Shown here piece after piece: positions 1 through 9,759 of a stretch of 36,641 nt of DNA. The position numbers and the translations under genes are program-made. Source of the DNA: Candidatus Saccharimonadota bacterium (GTDB lineage Bacteria; Patescibacteriota; Saccharimonadia; Saccharimonadales; UBA4665); contig DAHVVZ010000045.1 of assembly GCA_027357065.1 (NCBI GenBank), forward strand, positions 1-36,641. Reading direction: 5' to 3'. Positions within the stretch are counted from its first letter, which is position 1. Each line of letters starts with the position of its first letter. The notes below the pieces were generated by a model. The model saw nothing but the letters and a program-made list of their open reading frames with translations, made no database searches and had not been told where the DNA came from.

Positions 1-180
1 TTATTTTTGGTTATCTCTTTAACTATACCATGTTTTGTCAAAGAATTTTACCCTCTCGTTGTCTTTAAGCCCACCCTTTAGACCGGTCTGGATTAGCGTC
101 CCAAGGACCACTGGTACCAACTAAACTGTTTGAGTTTAGAAAGTATCTCTTAACAAGCGCAACTCAAAAACTTAACTTAA

Positions 181-1128
181 TTATCTTATTTTGAATTTTA
201 GGTACCGCCTGGTCGCAATAGAAGATGAAACGGCACCTATTACGATACCAAGTCCAAGCTCGATGGTCAACAAGAGCCAAAAGTGACTGTTAAAGAAATT
301 ATTGGCGTAACCAATGTCCAACAGCCCCAAGCTGCTAGCCTGCAGAGTGCTACTACTAGCCTGGAAAGCACCGTTAATAACAGCCACCGAGATAATTGCT
401 GCTAGTACACCGTAAGTAATGCTCTCGACGACGAACGGACCTCTAATATATCCCGTACCGGCACCTAGCAAACGCATGATTTGAATCTCGTCACGACGGT
501 TAAAAATAGCCATCTGGATTGTATTAAAGATAATTAAAACGCTAACTACCGCGAATACGATAACCGCAATTACGCCAATTCGTTGCAATACATTTGTAGC
601 ATGGGTAATGCTGTCGATGGCCTGTTTTTCCTGACCGCTATAACTCGTGGGGGCTGATTCAAGAGCACTTACTTGAGGTTTGTCCAGAAAGTTTTTGATC
701 TGACTGAGGTTGTTTAGGTTCACCGGCTTAATAATAATTGTCGCCGGTAACGGATTGCTCGTTTCGTTGACTGCTTGGATTAACTGCTGATTTGATGCGT
801 TCTGCTGCTCATACTGCTTCAGTACCTGCGCTTTAGATAAGTAAGTGACACTGGCTACATTGGAGAGGTGTTTTAGCTCACCGACTAATTGCTTACTCTG
901 ACTAGCAGAAACATTGTCATTTAGATAGACCGAGATATCTATCTTGCTGGTTATCTGATTAATGGTGTGCGAAAAGGTGTAGTTAATAACCACCGAGAAC
1001 AGAATTATCGTCAGCGTAACTACCATAATAGCGATGGCGGCGATAGCTAGTGAAAGGTTACGGACAAAATTTATTAGTCCGGTGTTCACAATTCGCCAAA
1101 ACGTCATCAATCGTTTTTTAACACTCAA
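181..1128 (-). CDS. ftsX: Cell division ABC-transporter permease FtsX
   Basis: 315-aa ORF with a TTG start and an AGGAAG SD about 10 nt upstream. It has an N-terminal TM, a large extracytoplasmic loop and a C-terminal cluster of TMs, which is the FtsX permease topology. It lies immediately downstream of ftsE. An alternative ATG start is at 1107. Confidence 0.85.
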   Translation of the reverse strand: MSVKKRLMTFWRIVNTGLINFVRNLSLAIAAIAIMVVTLTIILFSVVINYTFSHTINQITSKIDISVYLNDNVSASQSKQLVGELKHLSNVASVTYLSKAQVLKQYEQQNASNQQLIQAVNETSNPLPATIIIKPVNLNNLSQIKNFLDKPQVSALESAPTSYSGQEKQAIDSITHATNVLQRIGVIAVIVFAVVSVLIIFNTIQMAIFNRRDEIQIMRLLGAGTGYIRGPFVVESITYGVLAAIISVAVINGAFQASSSTLQASSLGLLDIGYANNFFNSHFWLLLTIELGLGIVIGAVSSSIATRRYLKFKIR

Positions 1129-1154
1129 TTCGCTTTATCTTCCTTTTCTTCCCT

Positions 1155-1838
1155 TTATATCTTGTACCCGGAATTGGCCCGGTCACTGACTATTTTGCCG
1201 TCTTTAATTGTCACCACCCGCCGTTTGAGCCGATTAACAATTTCCTGGTTATGGGTAGTCAGCAGAACTGTAGTACCGAAACGATTAACTTTTTCAAGGA
1301 TCTTAATCACGTCCCAGGCATGTTTGGGATCGAGGTTGCCGGTTGGCTCATCGGCAATTAGGATCTTCGGTTGTCTGACAATAGCTCTGGCTATCGCCAC
1401 CCTTTGGCGTTCACCTCCGGATAGTTCGATTGGCATGCTGTTCTCTTTGCCGGTTAGGTTAACGATGTCTAGAACTTTAGGGACTGTATTTTTTATCTCG
1501 CGGTTTCCCATACCAACCATCTCCAGCGCAAAAGATACGTTCTCAAAAATTGTTTTGTTGGGCAAAAGTTTAAAATCCTGAAAGACTACCCCTATTTTGC
1601 GCCGCAGTAAGGGAATTTCTCGGTCTTTGAGCTTATCAAAATCAATTCCACCAATAATAATTTTGCCTGAGGTTTGGCGTTCTTCGCGGGTCAAAAGGCG
1701 CATTAGAGTAGTTTTGCCTGCTCCGCTGGCTCCGACAACGATTACAAATTCATTCGGATCAACGTGCAGACTAATCCGATCGAGAGATGGTTTCCCGCCT
1801 TTTGTATATGTTTTACTCACTCTATCGAGTAATATCAT
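1155..1838 (-). CDS. ftsE: Cell division ATP-binding protein FtsE
   Basis: 227 aa with Walker A GASGAGKTT, ABC signature LSGGERQRVAIARA and Walker B ILIADEPTGNLD. Size and pairing with ftsX are typical of FtsE. Confidence 0.92.
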   Translation of the reverse strand: MILLDRVSKTYTKGGKPSLDRISLHVDPNEFVIVVGASGAGKTTLMRLLTREERQTSGKIIIGGIDFDKLKDREIPLLRRKIGVVFQDFKLLPNKTIFENVSFALEMVGMGNREIKNTVPKVLDIVNLTGKENSMPIELSGGERQRVAIARAIVRQPKILIADEPTGNLDPKHAWDVIKILEKVNRFGTTVLLTTHNQEIVNRLKRRVVTIKDGKIVSDRANSGYKI

Positions 1839-1867
1839 GTGGCTAAATTATAGCATGCCTAGCACTG

Positions 1868-2950
1868 TTAAGAGGCTGGTGCAGAATCTAAATAAGCCGC
1901 TATTATTTGAGACAGGTCGCCGTCAAGAACACGATCAACATCAGTAGTCTCATAGTTTGTGCGTAAATCCTTTACCTGTTTATACGGATGAAGGACATAA
2001 CTTCTAATCTGGTTGCCCCATTCTGCCGACTGGCTAGGTCCTTTAAGCTTGCTCAAGGTTTCGGCATGCTGTTCCAGCTGCAGCTTGGCAAGCCGTGAGC
2101 GCAAAATTGTCAGAGCCGTTTCTTTATTCTTAAGCTGGCTGCGCTCGTTTTGAATTGCAACGCTCAAATTAGTTGGAATGTGCGTCACTCTGACAGCCGA
2201 ATCGGTAGTATTGACGCTCTGTCCGCCATGCCCACCGCTACGGTAAACGTCTATTTTTAAGTCGCGCTCATCAAGCTCGACTTCGCTCGGAGAATCGATA
2301 CGCGGCATAACTTCAACTTTCGCAAAACTGGTCTGACGCAGATGATCAGCATTAAAGGGACTGAGTCGCACCAGCCTATGAACTCCGGCCTCTCCCTTAA
2401 GCATGCCGAAAATGAAGTCATCACCACTTACTTCAAGGGTCACACTTTTAAGACCTGCCTCCTCCCCAGGAGATTCGTCAATTACCCTGTAAGACCAGTC
2501 TTTTTGATCAAAGAAGCGACAGTACATTCTGAATAACATTTGTGTCCAATCTTGCGCATCGGTACCTCCCGCTCCGGCATAAATGCTAATTAGCGCTGCG
2601 TGGTCGTCATAGGGCCCGCTAAAGTGAAGTTGGCGCATCAGCTGGCTAAATTTAGAGCGGGCATCGTTGAGGCTTGTGTTTAATTCTGTACTTAATTTGG
2701 GGTCTTTAAGCTGAGCCAACTCAGAGATATCGTGGACAGTATTTAGCAGTGCCGTCCAAGGTTCGATACGTTTTTTTAGCCTAGCAATATCCTGCATTAT
2801 TTTCTGGGCAGCTATATTGTTCTTCCAAAAATCGGCTTCATGGCTTTGCTCTTCTAGGCTTTCTAGCTTATCCCTAAGGTCATTAATAGCTAGCTGGTCC
2901 ACAGCCGCTTTAACCTCGGTTTCAAGTTTACGAGCTTCAGCTTCTTCCAT
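1868..2950 (-). CDS. prfB: Peptide chain release factor 2
   Basis: 360 aa with the SPF tripeptide (RLSPFNA) and GGQ motif (GGHGGQSVN). It is a single uninterrupted frame from the ATG, with no programmed +1 frameshift site. Confidence 0.95.
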   Translation of the reverse strand: MEEAEARKLETEVKAAVDQLAINDLRDKLESLEEQSHEADFWKNNIAAQKIMQDIARLKKRIEPWTALLNTVHDISELAQLKDPKLSTELNTSLNDARSKFSQLMRQLHFSGPYDDHAALISIYAGAGGTDAQDWTQMLFRMYCRFFDQKDWSYRVIDESPGEEAGLKSVTLEVSGDDFIFGMLKGEAGVHRLVRLSPFNADHLRQTSFAKVEVMPRIDSPSEVELDERDLKIDVYRSGGHGGQSVNTTDSAVRVTHIPTNLSVAIQNERSQLKNKETALTILRSRLAKLQLEQHAETLSKLKGPSQSAEWGNQIRSYVLHPYKQVKDLRTNYETTDVDRVLDGDLSQIIAAYLDSAPAS

Positions 2951-2959
2951 AGCTATATT

Positions 2960-4264
2960 CTACTTGTTTATGTCTGGTTTTTCCCAAAGAGGTAAGATTT
3001 GACCCCTTAGTTGATCGCTATACGGCTTGCCGCAATTGCCTAAAACACCTAGTCCCCAGAGGTTATCGCTAAACATCAGCTGGGATATGTTGACGATAGT
3101 TTCTTTATTTACAGCCTCAATACGGGCAGGAATATTATAGTAATCTTCAATCACGTCATCAAAAAAGTAGCGCCCACTATAACCCATAGCTGTGCCACTA
3201 ACAGTCTGAGCCGAACGTTGAAAACGACCAAGTGAATACTGTTTGGTAGCCATAATATCTGCATCACTGATTGCGCCATCCATTACTTTTCTTAGTTCCG
3301 AGTAGATAATATTCATTAAAGCTGGGGCGTTTTTGTCAGATACCTGAGCGCCAAACCACCAGTTAGAGGCATCACGGGTATGCGACAAGCCGGAACTCAT
3401 GCTATATACCAGACCCCGCTCTCTAGCCGTACCGAGAATTTTTGAATACAAGGTGTCTGTTAGCATTGTATTAACCAGATGCAGAGCGTCAGTCTCGGGA
3501 TCGGTTAAGCGGCGGCGCATGAAAGTGTCAATATAGAAATATAAATTTTCAACTGATTTATTGCGAATATATACCGCCTGCTTCAGACGTTTCGGCGTTT
3601 CTGGCGGTAACTGAAAACGGCGACCGTTACTTGGCAAATCAATCATGCCAAGAACATTTTGGATGTGCTCACGACGACGGCTAGATATGTCGCCGGCAAT
3701 TACGAAACGCATATTTTTAGCGGTGTGCGTACGCTTATAATGAGCCCGAATATCATCTATCGTGACGTTGTGCATCAATTTTAGATGTTCGGCATCAGTT
3801 TTACCTAACAACCCCTGCTCCTTGCGCATCGCCAGACTTAAATTCCGAAAATGGTTGTTCGACCTAGCGGCCATTTCTTCCTGCACATTACCAAACTCAG
3901 CCTTGAACTCCTCATCTAAAAATAGCGGCCTTGTAATAGCTACAATCAACAGATCAAAAACTCTGTCCCATTCAAAGTCGGCACACTCGGCTTCATAGGT
4001 AATATCATAGGAGCTGGTACTGGCATTAGAGTATGCCCCGTTTCGTTCCAGTTCGGCCTGAAAATCCATAGATTTTGGAACTAATTCATTGGCACCCAAA
4101 ACCATATGTTCCATTAGGTGGGGCACTTCGCACTTATCGGAGTCAACAAGATACTCGCCAGCTCTAAAATTAATGTCAAAGGTCATGACCGAAGCATTCG
4201 GCACATGCACTAACAATCCCTTCCCCCCATTACTGAGCGTGATTTCGGAAACGGTATGTCTCAT
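2960..4264 (-). CDS. M16 family (pitrilysin/insulinase-like) zinc peptidase
   Basis: 434 aa with the inverted zinc motif HxxEH (HLMEH) near the N-terminus. The two-domain length is typical of the M16 family. Confidence 0.8.
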   Translation of the reverse strand: MRHTVSEITLSNGGKGLLVHVPNASVMTFDINFRAGEYLVDSDKCEVPHLMEHMVLGANELVPKSMDFQAELERNGAYSNASTSSYDITYEAECADFEWDRVFDLLIVAITRPLFLDEEFKAEFGNVQEEMAARSNNHFRNLSLAMRKEQGLLGKTDAEHLKLMHNVTIDDIRAHYKRTHTAKNMRFVIAGDISSRRREHIQNVLGMIDLPSNGRRFQLPPETPKRLKQAVYIRNKSVENLYFYIDTFMRRRLTDPETDALHLVNTMLTDTLYSKILGTARERGLVYSMSSGLSHTRDASNWWFGAQVSDKNAPALMNIIYSELRKVMDGAISDADIMATKQYSLGRFQRSAQTVSGTAMGYSGRYFFDDVIEDYYNIPARIEAVNKETIVNISQLMFSDNLWGLGVLGNCGKPYSDQLRGQILPLWEKPDINK

Positions 4265-4280
4265 AAGTAGCTAAATAACA

Positions 4281-6944
4281 CTAATGCTTTCTCCGCTTAG
4301 CAGCGGTCTTGCGCTTGCGCTCAACTTTACGCGCCTGACGACGGTTATTAGTGCTCGCTACTTTCTTCGAGCCGGCCTTTGGCTTAGCGATAGCGGTGGA
4401 AGTTGGAATTGATGCCGCAGCAGCACTTAAAATGCTCGCTGGGTCAAAATCATCCTCATGGAATTCTTCCTGGTTGCGCACTATCGAGCCGGCATTCTCA
4501 ATTGAACTACGAGCAGCCCGGGTTAAGGCGGTCTCGACAGGACGGTCTAGTTCGCCGACATCAACCGGGTAGGTATTAAATACCATTCTAACTACTAGAT
4601 GCGTCAGATTCTGCTGCATTGTATCAAATAAGATTTGACCCTGCCGACGGTACTCGACTAGTGGGTCTTGCTGACCAACGCCCATCCAGTGAATTCCTTC
4701 TCTTAAGTGATCCATATCCTCAAGATGCTGCATCCACTGATCATCCAGAACCTGAAGATAGACGTCTCGCTCTAAACGACGCATAAAATTAGCGCCAAAC
4801 GAACTCTCTCGAGCTGCGTATAATTCCTTAACCTCAGAAAGCAGATCATGTTCGAACTTGTCCGCATCGGTATCAAAAAGACGATCCAGTGTCGGCTCAT
4901 CAAAAGGAAACACCTCTTTAACCTGCTGGTCAAAATTCTCATCTAGCAGCTGCGGAGAGGTTGCAATGGCATGCACCTCTTCTTCAATTGAATTCTTAAT
5001 ACGCTTACTTATATCCTCGGCCTTTAGGATTTCGCGGCGCATCGAATAGATAGCTTTACGCTGGCGGTTCATTACGTCATCGTATTGAACGACATTTTTA
5101 CGTTGATCGAAGTTGAAACCTTCAACTCGCTCTTGAGCTTTCTCAAGTGAACGAGAAATTATCCGGTTTTCAATCGGCGTATCCTCGCCTGCCCCTAAGC
5201 GGTTCATTATCGAGCCGATACGCTCGCCACCGAAGATACGCATTAAATCGTCTTCCGTGCTGACAAAGAATTGAGTTACTCCAGGATCGCCCTGACGGCC
5301 GGCTCGACCACGCAACTGGTTATCGATGCGCCGCGACTCATGCCTTTCAGATCCTAAGACAAACAGCCCGCCAAGCTTAACGACACCCTCACCAAGCACA
5401 ATGTCAGTACCTCGCCCGGCAATGTTAGTAGCCAGAGTGACGGCTCCCTTTTCTCCGGCCTTGGAGATAATTCCAGCCTCACGTTCATTGTTTTTGGCAT
5501 TCAGCATTTGGTGCGGAATGCTGGCTTTGCGCAGCAGGGTGCTTAATACCTCGTTCTTTTCAATTGAGGCAGTCCCCAGTAGCACTGGCTGACCTTTAGT
5601 GTGAAGCATCTCAACTTCACGCACGATAGCCTTAAACTTTGCCGTTTCAGTCTTATAAATCCGGTCCGGCCGGTCCTCTCTGGTCATCGGCCTGTTGGGT
5701 GGTATTTCGACTACTTCGAGCTTATATATCTGATGAAACTCTTCGCTCTCGGTCATTGCCGTTCCGGTCATACCGGATAACTTATCGTAGAGACGGAAAT
5801 AGTTTTGAAAGGAGATTGTTGCTAAAGTGGAGGACTCTTCCTGTACTTCAACGCCCTCTTTGGCTTCAATCGCCTGGTGTAAGCCTTCGTTATAACGACG
5901 ACCATGCAGCAAACGACCGGTAAACTCGTCAACAATCACCACTTCGCCTTCTTTAGTAACTACATAGTCCTTGTCCCGCTTAAACAACGCCTGGGCCTTA
6001 AGCGCTTGCTGGAGGTGGTAAATGGTCCGGATATTCTCGCTGGCATAAAGATTCGAGATACCCAGAGTTTTTTCCAGTCTGTCGACCCCTTTGTCGGTCA
6101 ATATTACCTGTTTACGCTTTTCATCGGTCTCATAATCCTTATCAAGCTTCAATGGACGAACAATTTTGGCGAACTGGGCGTAGGCGGTCCCGCTGGTAAC
6201 GCTCGGGGCGCTAATAATTAAAGGAGTTCTGGCTTCGTCAATTAAAATCGAGTCAACTTCGTCAACAATAGCAAAGTTAAGATCGCGCTGACGCAACTGA
6301 TCAACTTCTCGCACCATATTGTCTCTTAGATAGTCGAAACCATACTCGTTATTTGTGCCATAGGTAATGTCTGCCGCGTAGGCTTCTTGACGCGAAGTTT
6401 CTAGAAGATGGCGCATGCGCGGATCGTCATGCTGCTGGTTTTCGTATGTCGGATCGTAAAGATATGAATGATCCGGCATAATTACGCCGACTTTCATACC
6501 AAGGAAATGGTATATCTGGGCCATCCATCCGGCATCACGTTGAGCCAAATAATCGTTAACGGTGACGACGTGAACCCCTTTACCAGTGAGTGCGTTTAGG
6601 TATACCGGCAGAGTCGCAACAAGCGTTTTCCCTTCACCGGTCTTCATCTCGGCTACTCTTCCTTCATGCAATACCATGCCCCCGATCAACTGAACATCAA
6701 AGTGACGTTGTCCTAGAGTACGGGTTGAAGCTTCTCTGACGACTGCGAAAGCGTCGGGCAATATATCATCAAGCGATTCTTTGACTAGGCGCTTTTTCAG
6801 TACTTCGGTTTGTTTACGTAGTTCAGCGTCACTTAACTTGGCATACTTATCGCTAAGGGCGTTGATTTCGCCTACCCGCTTTTTCAGCCTTTTAAGCGTT
6901 TTCCCTTGTGGATCGCCTAATATTTTTTTTAAAACAACGTGCAT
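4281..6944 (-). CDS. secA: Preprotein translocase ATPase SecA
   Basis: 887 aa with the motor motifs MKTGEGKTLVATLP, DEVDSILIDEARTPLIIS and TNIAGRGTDI. The C-terminus is a lysine/arginine-rich tail with no Cys-rich zinc-binding motif. A GGAG SD lies 4 nt before the ATG. Confidence 0.97.
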   Translation of the reverse strand: MHVVLKKILGDPQGKTLKRLKKRVGEINALSDKYAKLSDAELRKQTEVLKKRLVKESLDDILPDAFAVVREASTRTLGQRHFDVQLIGGMVLHEGRVAEMKTGEGKTLVATLPVYLNALTGKGVHVVTVNDYLAQRDAGWMAQIYHFLGMKVGVIMPDHSYLYDPTYENQQHDDPRMRHLLETSRQEAYAADITYGTNNEYGFDYLRDNMVREVDQLRQRDLNFAIVDEVDSILIDEARTPLIISAPSVTSGTAYAQFAKIVRPLKLDKDYETDEKRKQVILTDKGVDRLEKTLGISNLYASENIRTIYHLQQALKAQALFKRDKDYVVTKEGEVVIVDEFTGRLLHGRRYNEGLHQAIEAKEGVEVQEESSTLATISFQNYFRLYDKLSGMTGTAMTESEEFHQIYKLEVVEIPPNRPMTREDRPDRIYKTETAKFKAIVREVEMLHTKGQPVLLGTASIEKNEVLSTLLRKASIPHQMLNAKNNEREAGIISKAGEKGAVTLATNIAGRGTDIVLGEGVVKLGGLFVLGSERHESRRIDNQLRGRAGRQGDPGVTQFFVSTEDDLMRIFGGERIGSIMNRLGAGEDTPIENRIISRSLEKAQERVEGFNFDQRKNVVQYDDVMNRQRKAIYSMRREILKAEDISKRIKNSIEEEVHAIATSPQLLDENFDQQVKEVFPFDEPTLDRLFDTDADKFEHDLLSEVKELYAARESSFGANFMRRLERDVYLQVLDDQWMQHLEDMDHLREGIHWMGVGQQDPLVEYRRQGQILFDTMQQNLTHLVVRMVFNTYPVDVGELDRPVETALTRAARSSIENAGSIVRNQEEFHEDDFDPASILSAAAASIPTSTAIAKPKAGSKKVASTNNRRQARKVERKRKTAAKRRKH

Positions 6945-6982
6945 TTAACTCCAGTACCTTTATCTGGTAAATTTCTTAACCA

Positions 6983-6991
6983 ATTATACCC
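6983..6991 (-). promoter_or_regulatory. Candidate -10 region (GGGTATAAT) for secA
   Basis: The minus strand reads GGGTATAAT about 39 nt upstream of the secA ATG. I saw no clear -35. Confidence 0.4.
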
Positions 6992-7077
6992 TATCCTCAA
7001 TCAGAAATACTTCAAAAATTTTAAAAAGCGCGGTTCTAAAGTTAGATAAATCAGGGTACTTATTTTAGTATTAAAAG

Positions 7078-7443
7078 CTATTTACGCGTTTTGCGTAATG
7101 ATCTCTTAAGTAAGTGACTCCAGCGCTTTGGGTTTCCGTGTATATTTTTATATTTAATCAGAGCTTGTTTGAGCTTCTCTTCAACAATATCTACTGCTGC
7201 GTGCATGTTAATCGTTTCTTCACTTATACGAATCTTTTCTTTAGGCAAATGCGCAATTACCTCAAATTCATAACGTTTTGCACCGTGAGTCTTATTTTCC
7301 TTGGCAAAAATCTCGATGCGCAAACTTCGTCTGGCAGCTGGTGACACGTACTTGTCGAGCCCCTCCAGCTTATGGCTAATATACTGCTTAAGTTCCTCGT
7401 CGAGTGAAGTATGCACGCTGTGAAAATCCAAGTTTCGTATCAT
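7078..7443 (-). CDS. hpf: Ribosome hibernation promoting factor / RaiA family (short form)
   Basis: 121 aa. The N-terminal pattern (LDEELKQYISHKLEGLDKY ... AAVDIVEEKLKQALIKYK) matches the S30AE/sigma-54 modulation protein family. A strong AAGGAG SD is present, and the gene sits upstream of secA as in Firmicutes. Confidence 0.8.
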   Translation of the reverse strand: MIRNLDFHSVHTSLDEELKQYISHKLEGLDKYVSPAARRSLRIEIFAKENKTHGAKRYEFEVIAHLPKEKIRISEETINMHAAVDIVEEKLKQALIKYKNIHGNPKRWSHLLKRSLRKTRK

Positions 7444-7537
7444 ATAGTCACGCTCCTTTTATCTTAATGTTTAAAGTGCTGGTCTCAAAAGACCCCTCGA
7501 TTCCTATTTTACAATGATGCTTGGCTATTAAGTATGA

Positions 7538-8836
7538 TTAAATTTTTACTTGCCCGCCCATAAAGGGCACTAAAACCGGCGGTACGCTAAAGTGGCCATC
7601 CTGATCTTGGTAATTCTCTATGATTGCCGCTAGGATTCGGCCCAGAGCAAAAGCCGTAGCATCATTGGTATGCACTAATTCCAATTTACCGTTATCCATA
7701 CGAGTGCGAATCTTTAAATCACGTGTTTGGTAATCTGTTAGATAGTCGGCCGAATGAGTCTCGCGGTAAAGCTGCTGTGATGGAAACCAAGTATTGACAT
7801 CCACGCCTCGGGCGTTGGGCTTACCAATATCAAACGTACACTTGTTCATCATCTGATAAGGCAATCCTAGACTACTTACTAAGTGTTCTTGAATGGCAAC
7901 CAGCAACCTATGCTCTTCTAGTCCGCTTTCCGGTGTCGAAAAGACTTCCATCTCTAACTTGTCAAATTGATGCAGTCTAAGAATTCCTTCGAAGTCTTTG
8001 CCATAACTACCGGCTTCACGACGAAAGCTGGTCGAATATCCAATAAAGCGCAGTGGCAGTTCATCTTTGGGCAAAACTTCGTCCATAAACATCGTACATA
8101 AGGTATGCTCAGCGCTGGCATTTAACCAAAGGTCATCTTGCTCGACTTTATATGTTGTCTCTTCGGCATTCAACCTGGCGCTGGCCTCGTAAGGAGCGGT
8201 CTTAAGCAGCGCCGGCGGCAAAACCGGTACAAAGGGGTGATTTGGTAGATTTAAATGGTTGTCGGCTATTAATTTAGCAATCAGTTCCGGATTTCCCAGC
8301 TCGCTAATGACAAACGAAACAATCGCGAATTGCAGCCGAACCAGATCGCCCTTAAGGTACGCAAATCGGCTGCCGGCAATTTTAGCTGCCCTGACTTTAT
8401 CAATTAATCCCAGTTTCTCGCCGATTTCTTGGTGAGATAAAGGCGTAAAAGCAAACTGCGGCGGAGTTCCGCCACTCTTATAAACTACATTGTCGTCCTC
8501 GCTACTGCCAACCGGAACGTCTTCTAGCGGCATGTTTGGTACTGTCCGCAAAAGCTCCAAATAATCTTTGTCTGCAGTTTTAAATTCGTTCTCCAGTTGG
8601 GCAAGCTGGGTCTTCAGTTGCTGGCCCTTAGCCAGCTGTTCAGCCTCTGGCTTCTTTCCGGATGCCGCTTGCGCAACCTGATTACGTTCTTGTCTAATGG
8701 CGTCAATTTGGTTTAGTAAATCACGACGCTGCTGATCAAGTTTAAGTAGCTTATCAATATCTACTTTTACGCCCTTTTGCATTGAACCTTTAGCTACTAG
8801 CTCGGGGTTTTCGCGAACGAAATTAACATCAATCAT
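7538..8836 (-). CDS. serS: Seryl-tRNA synthetase
   Basis: 432 aa with an N-terminal coiled-coil arm and class II motifs (TSFRREAGS...). Its ATG overlaps the TGA of the upstream ORF (ATGA). Confidence 0.95.
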   Translation of the reverse strand: MIDVNFVRENPELVAKGSMQKGVKVDIDKLLKLDQQRRDLLNQIDAIRQERNQVAQAASGKKPEAEQLAKGQQLKTQLAQLENEFKTADKDYLELLRTVPNMPLEDVPVGSSEDDNVVYKSGGTPPQFAFTPLSHQEIGEKLGLIDKVRAAKIAGSRFAYLKGDLVRLQFAIVSFVISELGNPELIAKLIADNHLNLPNHPFVPVLPPALLKTAPYEASARLNAEETTYKVEQDDLWLNASAEHTLCTMFMDEVLPKDELPLRFIGYSTSFRREAGSYGKDFEGILRLHQFDKLEMEVFSTPESGLEEHRLLVAIQEHLVSSLGLPYQMMNKCTFDIGKPNARGVDVNTWFPSQQLYRETHSADYLTDYQTRDLKIRTRMDNGKLELVHTNDATAFALGRILAAIIENYQDQDGHFSVPPVLVPFMGGQVKI

Positions 8837-9648
8837 TTGCTTTTCACCTTTCTGCTAGATTCGCTTTTAGGTCGCTTCAAGGAAGGCTCCAGTGCAGTTA
8901 AAGTCAGCTCGGTTCTAGACCGGGCGTATTGACAGAATTCGCAAACCCCTCCCATTGCTGCAGTACCAACTGGTGGCATCTCGTCGCTATCTAAACAGGC
9001 CTTCATTCTGATTAATGTCGGCTCTACCCAGGCGTCGTTGCCTACATAGGGAATTAACTTGGTTACAAAGTCCACTTTGTCATAAAAGCCATCTGCCGCA
9101 ACAACCGCGTTAGTGTAAACAAAGTAGCCCTCGTCTGACACCGTAAGACCATTTTGTCTTAACAACCACTGGTAAACTTCCAGCTGGCGTTTGTAACTTA
9201 TCTGCCAGGCGCTATCAATAGACACTCCCTGCTCTTTGGCGGTAGCTTTATAGTCAACGACAATGGCCTGACCTTTAGAATCTACCCACAGGTCGTCAAT
9301 AGCTCCAAACACCCAAAAGTTGGTAGGCTCATGTATTGCCGAAACTCCGGTAAAATTTTGCCGCCAAGTATTTAATTTATCGTGCTGCATCGGCACGGCA
9401 TCGACTGAAAATTGCTCCATTAGGGGATGCGCTTTACCTTTTGCGCGGTAAGTATCAAACTCCCGCTTGAACAGCTCATCGATAGCTTTATTGATTGTAA
9501 AGGGTGGGCTGGAAGGTCGAACTATCTTTAGCCTAGCATCCAGCCAAAAACAACGCGGGCACTGCATGAATAGCTCGATTTTGCTACGTGATACCTTATA
9601 CGGCTCCGACTGGCCGATTTCGTAGGGCTTACTTCTGGTTATTGCCAT
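8833..9648 (-). CDS. PD-(D/E)XK (RecB/Cas4-like) nuclease family protein
   Basis: 271 aa with an N-terminal CPRCFWL element, a catalytic-type GAIDDL...VVDYK motif (D...D-x-K) and QLEVY (QxxxY). Four Cys are arranged CX2C...CX2C (CPRC, CEFC). Confidence 0.65.
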   Translation of the reverse strand: MAITRSKPYEIGQSEPYKVSRSKIELFMQCPRCFWLDARLKIVRPSSPPFTINKAIDELFKREFDTYRAKGKAHPLMEQFSVDAVPMQHDKLNTWRQNFTGVSAIHEPTNFWVFGAIDDLWVDSKGQAIVVDYKATAKEQGVSIDSAWQISYKRQLEVYQWLLRQNGLTVSDEGYFVYTNAVVAADGFYDKVDFVTKLIPYVGNDAWVEPTLIRMKACLDSDEMPPVGTAAMGGVCEFCQYARSRTELTLTALEPSLKRPKSESSRKVKSK

Positions 9649-9759
9649 GTTATTCCTAATTGTAGCAGGTAGAGCTCAAGTTTTGAGTTATCATAAATTT
9701 CCGTAACTTCGCGGCAGGACCGTCTAAGACGTGGAGCAAATCGAAGCCTTGAGGCGAAA

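Noticed and set aside
1-180. A possible tRNA or tmRNA, or a gene end, downstream of ftsX. The region contains GACCGGTC and GGTACC palindromes and an 8-bp stem TTTGAGTT/AACTCAAA.
   Set aside because: No T-loop (GGTTCGAAT-like) or D-loop signature, no acceptor-stem complementarity and no long ORF on either strand. Only a TGGTATAGT -10-like element reading out of the window is notable.
1162-1947. Long plus-strand ORFs (1162-1581, 1597-1947). Similar antisense or alternative-frame ORFs occur throughout the track, for example at 5326-6221, 31442-32126, 33896-34216, 9972-10172 and 33510-34106.
   Set aside because: All lie entirely within, or antisense to, strongly supported conserved genes. They have low-complexity Ser/Arg/Leu-rich translations and no recognisable motifs, so they are shadow ORFs.
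2870-2950. The expected programmed +1 frameshift site (CUU UGA C) near the 5' end of prfB.
   Set aside because: The ORF reads continuously from its ATG through the region homologous to the E. coli shift site (…LAINDLRDKLESLEE…). No in-frame TGA or split frame is visible.
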